In this document: positions 1-7,919 of the stretch, one piece after another | How the letters are laid out: each line of letters opens with the position of its first letter | Numbering within the stretch: position 1 is the first letter of the stretch | Source of the DNA: a plasmid | Sequence record: NZ_CP136144.1 | DNA: 24,484 nucleotides | Reading direction: 5' to 3' (one strand) | Notes under the pieces: model-generated | What the model was told of the DNA's origin: nothing | What the model saw: the letters and a program-made list of their open reading frames with translations, nothing else | Database searches by the model: none | Position numbers and translations under genes: made by a program

Positions 1-870
1 ATGAGGTTTCAGGTGAGAACTGTAACAGGGTTAACGAAAGTCAGGCATAGAAATGAGGTTGGCGTTACTCTGGCATCTCTTTCTCTTTCAGCGAAAAGAG
101 TCTTGTTTCTTGCACTTTGTCAGATTGACTCAAAAGAAATGTTGAATGATGAAATTTTAGAAGTTGATGCCGATCTTTTTTCTAAAACAACCACTTTGGA
201 TAAGTACGCCGCATATGCAGCATTAAAAGAAGGTGCAAAAGTTCTGGCTTCAACAACATTAGTGTTGAATAGAGATGATTTAAAAAATCTATCTAATGAA
301 CTGGGTATCGCTACATCTAAAAATAAGATGCCTGACAGACTGGATTTAAACTTAACTGAATTCTGTGCTTATTATGATCATCTGGCAATAGTTCGCATTA
401 AGTTCACTAATACAGCGAAACGATATTTTTCAAAACTTATTGGTTCTGAAAATAGATATACCACACAGGTGTTAAAATCTGTTGTTATATTGAACAGTGT
501 AAACTCCACAAACTTGTATCAGGTTATCAGAAAATACTATAGCTTAAATCCTGCGAGTAAATCCTTCGAAATTTCAGTTGATCAACTTAAAGACGAAATG
601 GGACTTTATCATATTGAAAATGGTGAGAAGGTATACAAATATCCAAAGTACTCTTTTTTTATTCGTGATGTTATAAATAAAAGCATAAAGGAAATAATAG
701 AAAAAACAGAGATAAAAACTATAAAGTTTACCGTTGTAGGAAAAAAAGGGCGTATGGTTCATATGTTAAAATTTGAATATTCTCTTAATGAAGACACGTC
801 TATTTCTGATGAAGATACTAAATTCTTGGAGAAGTTTGATAAGGTAATTTCATATAAACAGAAAGGATAA
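1..870 (+). CDS. pir: Plasmid replication initiator pi (Rep_3-type, R6K pir-like), 289 aa
   Basis: Translation closely resembles recalled R6K pi protein (N-terminal ...KVRHRNE...LASLSLSAKRVLFLAL...DSKE, C-terminal ...KTEIKTIKFTV...GR.V.MLKFEY). Lies immediately downstream of the iteron array and operator at the window end (circular context). Confidence 0.85.
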   Translation: MRFQVRTVTGLTKVRHRNEVGVTLASLSLSAKRVLFLALCQIDSKEMLNDEILEVDADLFSKTTTLDKYAAYAALKEGAKVLASTTLVLNRDDLKNLSNELGIATSKNKMPDRLDLNLTEFCAYYDHLAIVRIKFTNTAKRYFSKLIGSENRYTTQVLKSVVILNSVNSTNLYQVIRKYYSLNPASKSFEISVDQLKDEMGLYHIENGEKVYKYPKYSFFIRDVINKSIKEIIEKTEIKTIKFTVVGKKGRMVHMLKFEYSLNEDTSISDEDTKFLEKFDKVISYKQKG

Positions 871-874
871 TATT

Positions 875-1726
875 ATGGAACAAATAAAACTACACAAAGA
901 TAGTAATGTTTCAATAATCGTTATTCCAAATCATTTACTCAAAAATATCGGATGGGATGATGGTACGTTATTGGATGTGGTAAAATCAGATAATGCACTT
1001 CATATTAGAAGAAAGGAAGACGTCGTAGACTTAGTCACTAAACCTTGCGTGGATATTTTAACCGCTACGTTTAAAAATATTAAACCTGGAAAAATTATAA
1101 AGTATAATAGCAAGCTGAATGAAAGTCTTAATAAGCTCCACGTCTCAGCAAGGAGAGTCTTTTTTATTTGTTTGTATCTTTATTTTAATGGTAGGTATAA
1201 CTCAGATGGGTCTATTTTAATCAGAGCTGATAAGTATGCTGAATTTATTGGTATAGATCGCACAATGGCATACAAACAGATGAAAGACGCAGCAGATTAT
1301 TTTTCTTCCAATATAAAATTAATATCTCTTTGTGATTATATAAAAAATGAAGGGCTATTAAGAGTAGCTCTTTCTACTGAGACAATAAATTTTATTTCTG
1401 CTGTAGATGGTAGAAAATATCAAACTACAGTTGTATTGTATCAGTCTGCTGTAAAACTCAGTGGTCGATATTCATGGAATTTATATCAGTTGATAAAATC
1501 TCGGCTATTAGATAAATCCGGTGCTTTTAGCATTAAACTGGATGAATTAATGATTGAATTGAACTCTAGAGTAAATTTGGAATTTAAAGATTATAAAAAA
1601 TCAGTTATTGGTCGGTCTATAGACGAAATTGTAGAAAAAACAGAAATTAAAAGTATTAAATGCGTTAATGCTGAGAGGCAGGGTAGAAGAGTCAGCAAAG
1701 TCCGTTTTGAGATCGAAATGAGGTAA
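875..1726 (+). CDS. bis: Second Rep-like protein paralogous to pi (bis-like), 283 aa
   Basis: Starts 4 nt after the pir stop (operon). C-terminus (IVEKTEIKSIKCVNAERQGRRVSKVRFEIE) parallels the pi C-terminus (IIEKTEIKTIKFTVVGKKGRMVHMLKFEYS). Matches the pir-bis arrangement of IncX plasmids. Confidence 0.6.
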   Translation: MEQIKLHKDSNVSIIVIPNHLLKNIGWDDGTLLDVVKSDNALHIRRKEDVVDLVTKPCVDILTATFKNIKPGKIIKYNSKLNESLNKLHVSARRVFFICLYLYFNGRYNSDGSILIRADKYAEFIGIDRTMAYKQMKDAADYFSSNIKLISLCDYIKNEGLLRVALSTETINFISAVDGRKYQTTVVLYQSAVKLSGRYSWNLYQLIKSRLLDKSGAFSIKLDELMIELNSRVNLEFKDYKKSVIGRSIDEIVEKTEIKSIKCVNAERQGRRVSKVRFEIEMR

Positions 1727-1729
1727 CTC

Positions 1730-2176
1730 ATGGCTAAAATCTATCAATTCCCCCAGGGGGATGAACGCGGTAAATTCAGGGAAGAAATCGCCAGAGAACG
1801 TAAGAAACGTTTTGCTGTGAAAACAGGGAGCACCTTTGTTAAGTGGCTTGGATGGACCTGGTTTTATCTTCGTCTTCTGGCCGCCAGTGTTTTACATTTT
1901 ATCTCTGTTTTTGTGTTAGCCATTCTTGGTGCGTTTAAATGGGCTGTGTTCTGGCTGGGGGGTATTTTGTGTGTCATCACCTGGTATCATCTCGATCACC
2001 AGTTATGGACGCCACAAAATCTGACTATACCGGTGATTACGGCAACCTGGATTTTGGGACTGCTGGCTGAGCCTCTGATGGAGCTGCTCAACAAAACTAT
2101 GCCCTGGCACAAGTTACTTGTTCCCGAACCTGCGGACGAAAGCACCGAGAACAGTAGCGAGATAAGCCAGCAATGA
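1730..2176 (+). CDS. Hypothetical small membrane protein (two hydrophobic helices), 148 aa
   Basis: ATG 4 nt after the bis stop. Hydrophobic stretches LGWTWFYLRLLAASVLHFISVFVLAILGAF and WAVFWLGGILCVITW. No recognisable family. Confidence 0.45.
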   Translation: MAKIYQFPQGDERGKFREEIARERKKRFAVKTGSTFVKWLGWTWFYLRLLAASVLHFISVFVLAILGAFKWAVFWLGGILCVITWYHLDHQLWTPQNLTIPVITATWILGLLAEPLMELLNKTMPWHKLLVPEPADESTENSSEISQQ

Positions 2177-2210
2177 TGCTACTCAGCAGTTATGCCAGTC
2201 CCTGCCTTTT

Positions 2211-2315
2211 CACTGCGATGCAGGATAGGGCAAACGCCGCAAAATGACGTCTCTGACGCCATTCCGCAACGTTTGCCCGGTGACCTACAGTCGGTTCTTA
2301 TTGGAGATGTTTATG
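2211..2315. repeat. oriT-like inverted-repeat copy A (~105 bp; partner at 19423-19527)
   Basis: About 89 bp are identical bar one mismatch to the reverse complement of 19439-19527, and similarity continues through the RBS and ATG of the downstream gene. Contains an internal imperfect palindrome (caaacgccgcaaaatgacgtctctgacgccattccgcaacgtttg). Confidence 0.6.
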
Positions 2316-2666
2316 AAATATCTGGTCAAAGAGTTTATTAACGAGAAATATTCTAAGGCTGTTAATATTTTAAAGGATAATCTTAAAGAATACTATCATG
2401 TTTTTTATGGTGTGAGATTAAGTGAGATTCTTTTTCCTACCAGTGAATATGGCACAGATGCTTTCTTTAAAGAATTTGAATTAATTAACAGTGTAATACT
2501 TCCATTAGTAATATTTGATTTTATAGACCGAAAGCCGATCATGGTTATCGGCTTTGAGGAAGTGCCTGGGATTGATTCACTTATTGACTCTGGTATGGAA
2601 GTTGTTTTGTTAGATGGTTTAAGCGATCTGCTACTGGTTGAAAAATTGATGCCATTGTTTGATTAA
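2313..2666 (+). CDS. Hypothetical protein, ~117 aa
   Basis: ORF 2244-2666 in the track. The N-terminal 19 aa are an artefact of reading through the inverted repeat. GGAG at 2303-2306 favours the ATG at 2313. No family recognised. Confidence 0.45.
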   Translation: MKYLVKEFINEKYSKAVNILKDNLKEYYHVFYGVRLSEILFPTSEYGTDAFFKEFELINSVILPLVIFDFIDRKPIMVIGFEEVPGIDSLIDSGMEVVLLDGLSDLLLVEKLMPLFD

Positions 2667-3120
2667 ATCCCTGGAAATACATGTTACCCATTCGTATTAA
2701 TGCATTTTACACGAACGATGTTTATTCCATTTACCTGTTTTCATAACTTCTCCCCTACGGAGAACTAACCAAACTGATCTGCATCTATGATCTTAATTAT
2801 ATAAAATTTGGGGGGCGTGATTCTAATGTCCTCATTGTATTGGTAACAATCTTTTTTCCATCGTTTTTATTTTGATATTTAATATTGCTCTCAATTGATT
2901 TTTACCGTTTCTTCATTCAATGATATGAGCGTCAAATTGATTAGATAATGGTGATTTTTACCCTCTATCATCAAAGCTTGTGAAGCTATTAATATACAAA
3001 AAATTTTCAGTCGTTTTTCTATTGTCTCACATATTTTTAAGAGAGAATCTGTATGCTGTTCGCCATTCACTTATGTAGGCCACTTCGTACTAATCGCTTC
3101 AATCTAAAGAACTTCACTTT

Positions 3121-3160
3121 TCCTTAGCGTTTGTTATCGCAGAAATTCCCACGGAACCCC
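3121..3160. repeat. Direct repeat copy 1 (gttatcRcagaaattcccacggaMccc core) downstream of the ParA-like gene
   Basis: ~36/40 nt match to 4510-4550, same orientation. Confidence 0.5.
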
Positions 3161-3203
3161 TAAGACGGTAAAAGGGGTGCCGGCGTACAATCCCTAAAAG
3201 ATA

Positions 3204-4268
3204 TTAAACGAAATTTTGGATTATATAATCAGCTAAAACGTCATGTTCTGCCGACATAGTCTGCATTAGGGCTTTCTGAGGTCCTGACCAAGCCCCTCTG
3301 GCCAACACCCCCCTAGTAGGTGCTACGGTAGATAAATATCTGAGCGGGACCCCCTGTAAGATACTATCTGGAGCCATAACATTTAGGTCTTCAACTTTTG
3401 CGACAGGAGTGTCTGGAGTAAAAGAAGCCACTGCTGAGTATGTTTTTATAGATGCTAATTTGGGGCGAAGGTCATTTTTTACTGAATCAATTATTTTATC
3501 TCTATGGGCTGCATCAGCCGCGATCTCTGATGAGTTTTGTTGGCCTGGATTCTTTCTTTTATCAAATCCGTTGAAGACCCAACCTGCAAATTTAGGTGAA
3601 CCTTTTTGGCTTATTAGAGAGTTATTTTGGGCTGAAGTTCTTCTAATACCCTGTTCCCAGTCGTCTCTAAATTTTGGTAAAGTTTCACCAATGAGTCCTA
3701 TGCAGTAAGCCGAAAATATATCGGCAGTACATGGAACCAAGAAATAATCAGAACAGTAGAGAGCCGATCTGACTATCGTATTAAATGACGGCGGTACATC
3801 AATAAGAACATAATCGTATTCACAATTATTTAACTCTTGAGCTTTACTAGCAATTAAACTAGGTATCAAGAATCTGTTTACTGCGTTTCCAGCAATTAAA
3901 TCTGTACCTACACTAATCACATCTGAAAGATTATTGAGCCAAAAGTCACCTGGAGCTATGTCTAACCTTCCTGAGCCAGGCTCCATGGGAAATTGTGGTG
4001 GGAATGTATGTACGACAGGGAGAATATCTTGTTGTATAAATGGTTGGCAAAATGCTCTTATCGTTTTACCATAAGGATTATTTGCATCCCTCTTTAAAAG
4101 GTCAGAGAAGCCAGTCTCACCAAGTAAAGCTATTGATAAATTGCATTGAGGATCGAAATCTATCAGCAAAACAGATTTTCCCTTTGCCGATAGAGATACA
4201 CTTAAGTTCCAAGTCAGGGTCGTTTTTCCTACCCCGCCTTTGTTGTTAAATAGTGAAATAGTTTTCAT
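3204..4268 (-). CDS. ParA/MinD-superfamily ATPase, 354 aa (orphan; no adjacent ParB-like gene)
   Basis: Deviant Walker A KGGVGKTT near the N-terminus (MKTISLFNNKGGVGKTTLTWNLS...LLIDFDPQCNLS). Long C-terminal extension compared with typical ParA proteins. Confidence 0.7.
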   Translation of the reverse strand: MKTISLFNNKGGVGKTTLTWNLSVSLSAKGKSVLLIDFDPQCNLSIALLGETGFSDLLKRDANNPYGKTIRAFCQPFIQQDILPVVHTFPPQFPMEPGSGRLDIAPGDFWLNNLSDVISVGTDLIAGNAVNRFLIPSLIASKAQELNNCEYDYVLIDVPPSFNTIVRSALYCSDYFLVPCTADIFSAYCIGLIGETLPKFRDDWEQGIRRTSAQNNSLISQKGSPKFAGWVFNGFDKRKNPGQQNSSEIAADAAHRDKIIDSVKNDLRPKLASIKTYSAVASFTPDTPVAKVEDLNVMAPDSILQGVPLRYLSTVAPTRGVLARGAWSGPQKALMQTMSAEHDVLADYIIQNFV

Positions 4269-4509
4269 TTTATTCCTTTCTTAGGCATTTTCAATGTTTA
4301 GAAATAACTACATCGGAGAATAGTGTAATACGTAATCGATTGCTTGATACCCGTATATAACCATCAACATGCACGACAAACCTTAAAATTGAAGTTTCCG
4401 TACAGTTTCTCATTCCGACAGAGTTTGTCACGCAAAAATTTACAGGTTTATAGATTTAATTTTCTTTAACTAACTGCAGGGGCTGAAGATTTCTTTCAGT
4501 GAGAAATCG

Positions 4510-4550
4510 CTTAGCGGGTGTTATCACAGAAATTCCCACGGACCCCATTT
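4510..4550. repeat. Direct repeat copy 2, in the upstream region of the ParA-like gene
   Basis: Partner of 3121-3160. Confidence 0.5.
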
Positions 4551-4691
4551 TGTCCGAACTCCTACTGATAGATTAAATCCTGAATCATCTAAGTTTTGCA
4601 GAATCAAGTAACTATTGGCTGTTGTACATAGCCAGGGCTGCTTTGAGAACAGTTGTTTTGCGTCGGCCTGTCTGTTCGCTTCGGCTTCCAA

Positions 4692-4922
4692 TTATTCGTT
4701 CTCTTTGAGCCAGTTATCTACAAGCTGGTTCACCACGTCAGTGATTGATGTACCTTTCCTGGCGCATGCAGCCTTAAACCGGGTGTGCTTTTCTTCATCA
4801 AAATTAACGTTAACACGTTTGATTTTTCCAGATGATACTGGTGCTGTTACTACTCGTTCCAGATCTCTGTTTTCACCAAAGGTCATTTTTTTTACTGACG
4901 TATGCGCTTTTTCAAGTGACAT
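4692..4922 (-). CDS. parG: ParG-type ribbon-helix-helix centromere-binding protein, 76 aa
   Basis: 76 aa, directly downstream of the parF-like gene. Matches my recollection of TP228 ParG in length and sequence. Confidence 0.6.
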   Translation of the reverse strand: MSLEKAHTSVKKMTFGENRDLERVVTAPVSSGKIKRVNVNFDEEKHTRFKAACARKGTSITDVVNQLVDNWLKENE

Positions 4923-4973
4923 TCAGGCTACTCCGGTTTTTATATTTATTTGATTATATGAGTAAATGTGTAA

Positions 4974-5594
4974 TTACTCAAACATTCTAACTATCTCTTT
5001 TGTAAGGATTTCTATTTCACCTTTTGCAGCACCATCACTGGATTCAAACACGCTGTCGCCATCAAGAATTGATTTCACGTAAACCTGACGTTGTGTAATA
5101 GCTGTACGAAATGCTTTAACACCGGTGTCTTTGATACTTTCTTTAAGCACATTCAACATGGTTGCCATTTCTATCTTACGGGTGATCAGAAAGCGGGCTT
5201 CAACTTTGCGGCTGTAAGCCTGTGCTTCCAGAACAGTAACGACGCTTCCTGCTGCGGAGAAATCCAGAGGGCTGGGGGTGACAGGGATAATTACCAGATC
5301 GCTTACCATGACGGCTGCGGAGGTGATTACTGAGAGTGAACCTGCCCCGTCCACAATAGCAAAGTCATAGTCCGCCAGATCTTTTCGGATTCCATAGACG
5401 TCTTTTTCAGATGCTGCTGTAAATACGTCAAATGCTGCCTTGCCCGCTTTGCTCCAGTTCGTCAGGCTCATTTGTGGATCTGTATCTACCACAGCAATGT
5501 TGTATCCGCTCCTGCTCAACGCAGTGGCTATGTTGATTACGGCAGTTGTTTTACCTGAACCCCCTTTCGGATTCAGAAATGAGATCACCTTCAT
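4974..5594 (-). CDS. parF: ParF-type small ParA (type Ib) partition ATPase, ~206 aa
   Basis: Walker A KGGSGKTT (MKVISFLNPKGGSGKTTAVINIATAL). GAGGA RBS 7 nt upstream of the internal ATG at 5594 (track ORF extends to 5624). ParG-like gene immediately downstream. Confidence 0.75.
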   Translation of the reverse strand: MKVISFLNPKGGSGKTTAVINIATALSRSGYNIAVVDTDPQMSLTNWSKAGKAAFDVFTAASEKDVYGIRKDLADYDFAIVDGAGSLSVITSAAVMVSDLVIIPVTPSPLDFSAAGSVVTVLEAQAYSRKVEARFLITRKIEMATMLNVLKESIKDTGVKAFRTAITQRQVYVKSILDGDSVFESSDGAAKGEIEILTKEIVRMFE

Positions 5595-5599
5595 ACTCA

Positions 5600-5790
5600 A
5601 ATCCTCAATTGTGTGTCTACTCAATTACTCCTGTGAGTTTTTGAGTTTATCATACTCTTTGTATGAGTAAAGGTTAATATGAGTTTATGTGTATATGAGT
5701 TAAGGAGTATCTGCTCATTTGAGTTGTCTTGTGTATATGAGTGTTTGAGTTTATGAGTGTGTAGTGACAAGGTCACATCTACTCATTATT
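5600..5790. promoter_or_regulatory. parH-like centromere/operator: array of GAGT/ACTC tetramer boxes spaced by AT-rich spacers
   Basis: At least 9 GAGT plus 3-4 ACTC boxes (tgagtttttgagttta...tatgagtaaaggttaatatgagtttatgtgtatatgagtta...) between the divergent parF and resolvase genes. Confidence 0.5.
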
Positions 5791-5888
5791 TGTTTTTTGG
5801 TTCTTTTAGAGTGTGCCTTTCCTGTCGATCCACTTTCTGGTGCATTTTGGGTATAGTGGTGTGACCTTATGCGAACTGGTTCTGTAAT

Positions 5889-6533
5889 ATGACTTCAAAT
5901 GCACCAACAAGCTTTGTCCGCGCTTATCTGAGAGCTTCAACAGCAGAACAGGATGCTTCGCGTGCCCAGGAAACTATCGAGGCTTTTGCCAGGGAAAGAG
6001 GCCTGATTATTTGCAGCTACTATATTGAGAATGAATCCGGCTCCCGTCTTGAGCGCCCGGAACTTTTTCGTCTTCTGAGAGATTGCCAGCAAAATGATAT
6101 TTTGCTTATCGAGGATGTGGACAGACTTTCCCGCCTGTCAGGGGAAGACTGGAATACGCTGAAGAAAATGATCCGGCAGAAAGACATCCGGGTTATGGCG
6201 GTGAATGTGCCGACGACCTGGATTAATTCTGGTATGAGTGAGTTTGACAGTCGGTTGTTTGCAGCCATTAACGATATGCTGCTGGATATGCTGGCCGCTG
6301 TTGCCAGAAGGGACTATGAACAACGGCGGGAACGGCAGAAACAAGGGATAGAGAAAGCAAGGAAAGACGGCAAATATAAAGGGCGTAAACCTAATCAAGC
6401 CAGACATGATGCAATTATCAGGTTGATTGAGAGCGGAAGCTCCTGGACACAGGTACAGAAAATACTGGGGTGCAGCCGTGGCACAATAAGCAGTGCGCTA
6501 AAACGTAAAACCGGGCAGAAATCCAGTAAGTAG
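5889..6533 (+). CDS. Serine recombinase / resolvase (multimer resolution), 214 aa
   Basis: N-terminal catalytic motif YLRASTAEQD, C-terminal HTH (SWTQVQKILGCSRGTISSALKR). Transcribed divergently from parF. Palindrome gtgacaaggtcac at 5764-5776 may be a res subsite. Confidence 0.8.
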   Translation: MTSNAPTSFVRAYLRASTAEQDASRAQETIEAFARERGLIICSYYIENESGSRLERPELFRLLRDCQQNDILLIEDVDRLSRLSGEDWNTLKKMIRQKDIRVMAVNVPTTWINSGMSEFDSRLFAAINDMLLDMLAAVARRDYEQRRERQKQGIEKARKDGKYKGRKPNQARHDAIIRLIESGSSWTQVQKILGCSRGTISSALKRKTGQKSSK

Positions 6534-6636
6534 AGGGGGCTAATATATCTGAAAGGCAGGGTATTAACTCAGGAGGTTGGGTGTGTGGTGTTTAGTCAAT
6601 GTAATTGAATATTGTAACTAAAATATGGTTTTATTA

Positions 6637-6664
6637 AAGGCCGGAGGTGGTTAGCCCCCGGCCT
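6637..6664 (-). terminator. Stem-loop (aaggccgg...ccggcctt) downstream of the dinQ-like ORF
   Basis: 8-bp perfect stem. On the minus strand it is followed by TTTAATAAAA (imperfect U-tract). Confidence 0.35.
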
Positions 6665-6681
6665 TAGTTACGTCTCCGCCA

Positions 6682-6765
6682 TCAGCCCATCAACTGGAGA
6701 AGGTAGCGAATCAGTTCAAGAAGCGAGATTAGCGCCCCCAGAACGATGATTGCTTTATCAATCAT
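6682..6765 (-). CDS. dinQ: DinQ-like 27-aa hydrophobic peptide (type I toxin candidate): MIDKAIIVLGALISLLELIRYLLQLMG
   Basis: Manually translated 28-codon minus-strand ORF, absent from the track (<60 aa). Very close to my recollection of E. coli DinQ (MIDKAIIVLGALIALLELIRFLLQLLN). An inverted repeat CTCCAT-tat-ATGGAG sits immediately 5' of the start. Confidence 0.5.
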   Translation of the reverse strand: MIDKAIIVLGALISLLELIRYLLQLMG

Positions 6766-6838
6766 CCGTTTACTCCATTATATGGAGCAGACTCCCGATA
6801 CTTACTCTTACACTGCCTGTCATATCGGTTGTTCTTCG

Positions 6839-6875
6839 ATGTTGGTTGAAGACAGTTCCACTCCAGCCAGAGCAC
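6839..6875. repeat. Repeat unit 1 (atgttggttgaagacagttccactccagccagagcac)
   Basis: ~31/37 identity with 7026-7062. Candidate sRNA-like element. Confidence 0.4.
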
Positions 6876-7025
6876 TGACAACAGCACCACCTGTTTTTCA
6901 GCCAGGACTTAAAATCGCTTAATCCTTGCGGGAAGGCTGGAGTTATAACGGTTCAGAACCAACCAGCGTATTATACGCATAAGCGGATACGGTTGCATTC
7001 CATATCATGTAGACATATTATGTCT

Positions 7026-7062
7026 ATGTTGGTTGAAGAGAGTTCTTCTCCAGCCAGAGCCA
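7026..7062. repeat. Repeat unit 2 (atgttggttgaagagagttcttctccagccagagcca), preceded by palindrome tagacatattatgtcta
   Basis: Direct repeat of 6839-6875, immediately upstream of a strong terminator. Confidence 0.4.
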
Positions 7063-7080
7063 CCAACTCAAGGCTGGAAA

Positions 7081-7119
7081 GCACAAAAAAGCCCGATTAG
7101 CAGTCGGGTTTTTTTGTGC
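7081..7119. terminator. Bidirectional rho-independent terminator (gcacaaaaaagcccgattagcagtcgggtttttttgtgc)
   Basis: Perfect stem cccga/tcggg flanked by an A-run on one side and a T-run on the other. The whole element is palindromic. Confidence 0.6.
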
Positions 7120-7707
7120 CTGTTGTTCAGTTGTACTTCCGTTTTTTCCCCTTCATTTGAGGGATTTTTCTTTCATTTTTTGTTGCGGCCAATACTGCTG
7201 ATCGCGTAGGCCAACAGAACGATGCCGTTACCGGCATTATCATGAATCCCGTTTTTTCAGTAAGTTGCAGCATACAAAGTAATTAAAAAAACGTCATTTC
7301 TTGTTGATGTATGCAGTAGCGGTGGTGCGCTACGTGAAATCTGGAAAATGTTGGCGGGTAAGTGACTCAATTTTTTAATCTCCGCACCTGTTTTTCTGGA
7401 CGTGCCAGCAATTATGACCTGAAGCAGAGGTGCGTCCGACAACAAGAATTCCGATCACCAAAAAAAAATTTGGACATTTTTTCCGATAATGCATTTTTGT
7501 CAGAGGAATATGAACGACAGGGCAGGGTGAAAAGGAAGCGGTTATCCTGAATAACCCAGGATATGGGCACATATGCCGGAACAGGGCACCAGATAAAGGA
7601 ACAGAACATGTGAATGTTGTAACTAATGAGGTATGGACAGAATCACCTGAATGTCCAAGTGTGCGAGGAATTAAACAAGGGGCGTAAAAAAAGCCGCTTA
7701 CGCAGCC

Positions 7708-7818
7708 TCAGTTTTCTCTTGAACTCCTGAAGTCTATGTAGTTGATAAACTCAATAATATAGTAGGCAACCACGCCTGTACCTATATAGATAGCGCCTAA
7801 TTCCAGTAACTCACTCAT
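7708..7818 (-). CDS. Small hydrophobic peptide, 36 aa (MSELLELGAIYIGTGVVAYYIIEFINYIDFRSSREN)
   Basis: AGGAG 9 nt upstream of the ATG. Followed on the minus strand by hairpin GCUGC-GUAA-GCGGC plus U7. Single predicted TM helix. Manually translated. Confidence 0.3.
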   Translation of the reverse strand: MSELLELGAIYIGTGVVAYYIIEFINYIDFRSSREN

Positions 7819-7919
7819 TGAAGCGTACTCCTGAATAACACTCTATTGCACATAGTAGCAAGCCAGATCCCGCGCAACCAGTATAAGGGGTCTGACGCTC
7901 AGTGGAACGAAAACTCACG

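Noticed and set aside
2244-2312. N-terminal 19-23 aa (MTSLTPFRNVCPVTYSRFL) shared by ORFs 2244-2666 and 18880-19494, suggesting paralogous proteins
   Set aside because: The shared residues come from translating the two copies of the inverted repeat. The proteins diverge completely after it, and each has an RBS plus ATG downstream of the repeat.
3178-3208. Possible XerC/XerD (cer/dif-like) site ccGGCGTACAA-TCCCTAAA-AGATATTAAAC just downstream of direct repeat copy 1
   Set aside because: The XerC-arm core GCGTACAA is perfect and the 8-bp centre resembles the cer centre in reverse. The putative XerD arm matches consensus at only ~6-7 of 11 positions. No second site brackets the ParA-like gene.
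3409-3708. 99-aa plus-strand ORF, plus 4040-4249, 5091-5333 and 5440-5670
   Set aside because: These lie antisense within the ParA-like and parF genes and have no RBS.
6766-6830. Searched for a LexA box (CTGT-N8-ACAG) upstream of the dinQ-like ORF, since chromosomal dinQ is SOS-regulated
   Set aside because: Only partial matches (ctgtcatatcggttgt). No convincing LexA operator by eye.
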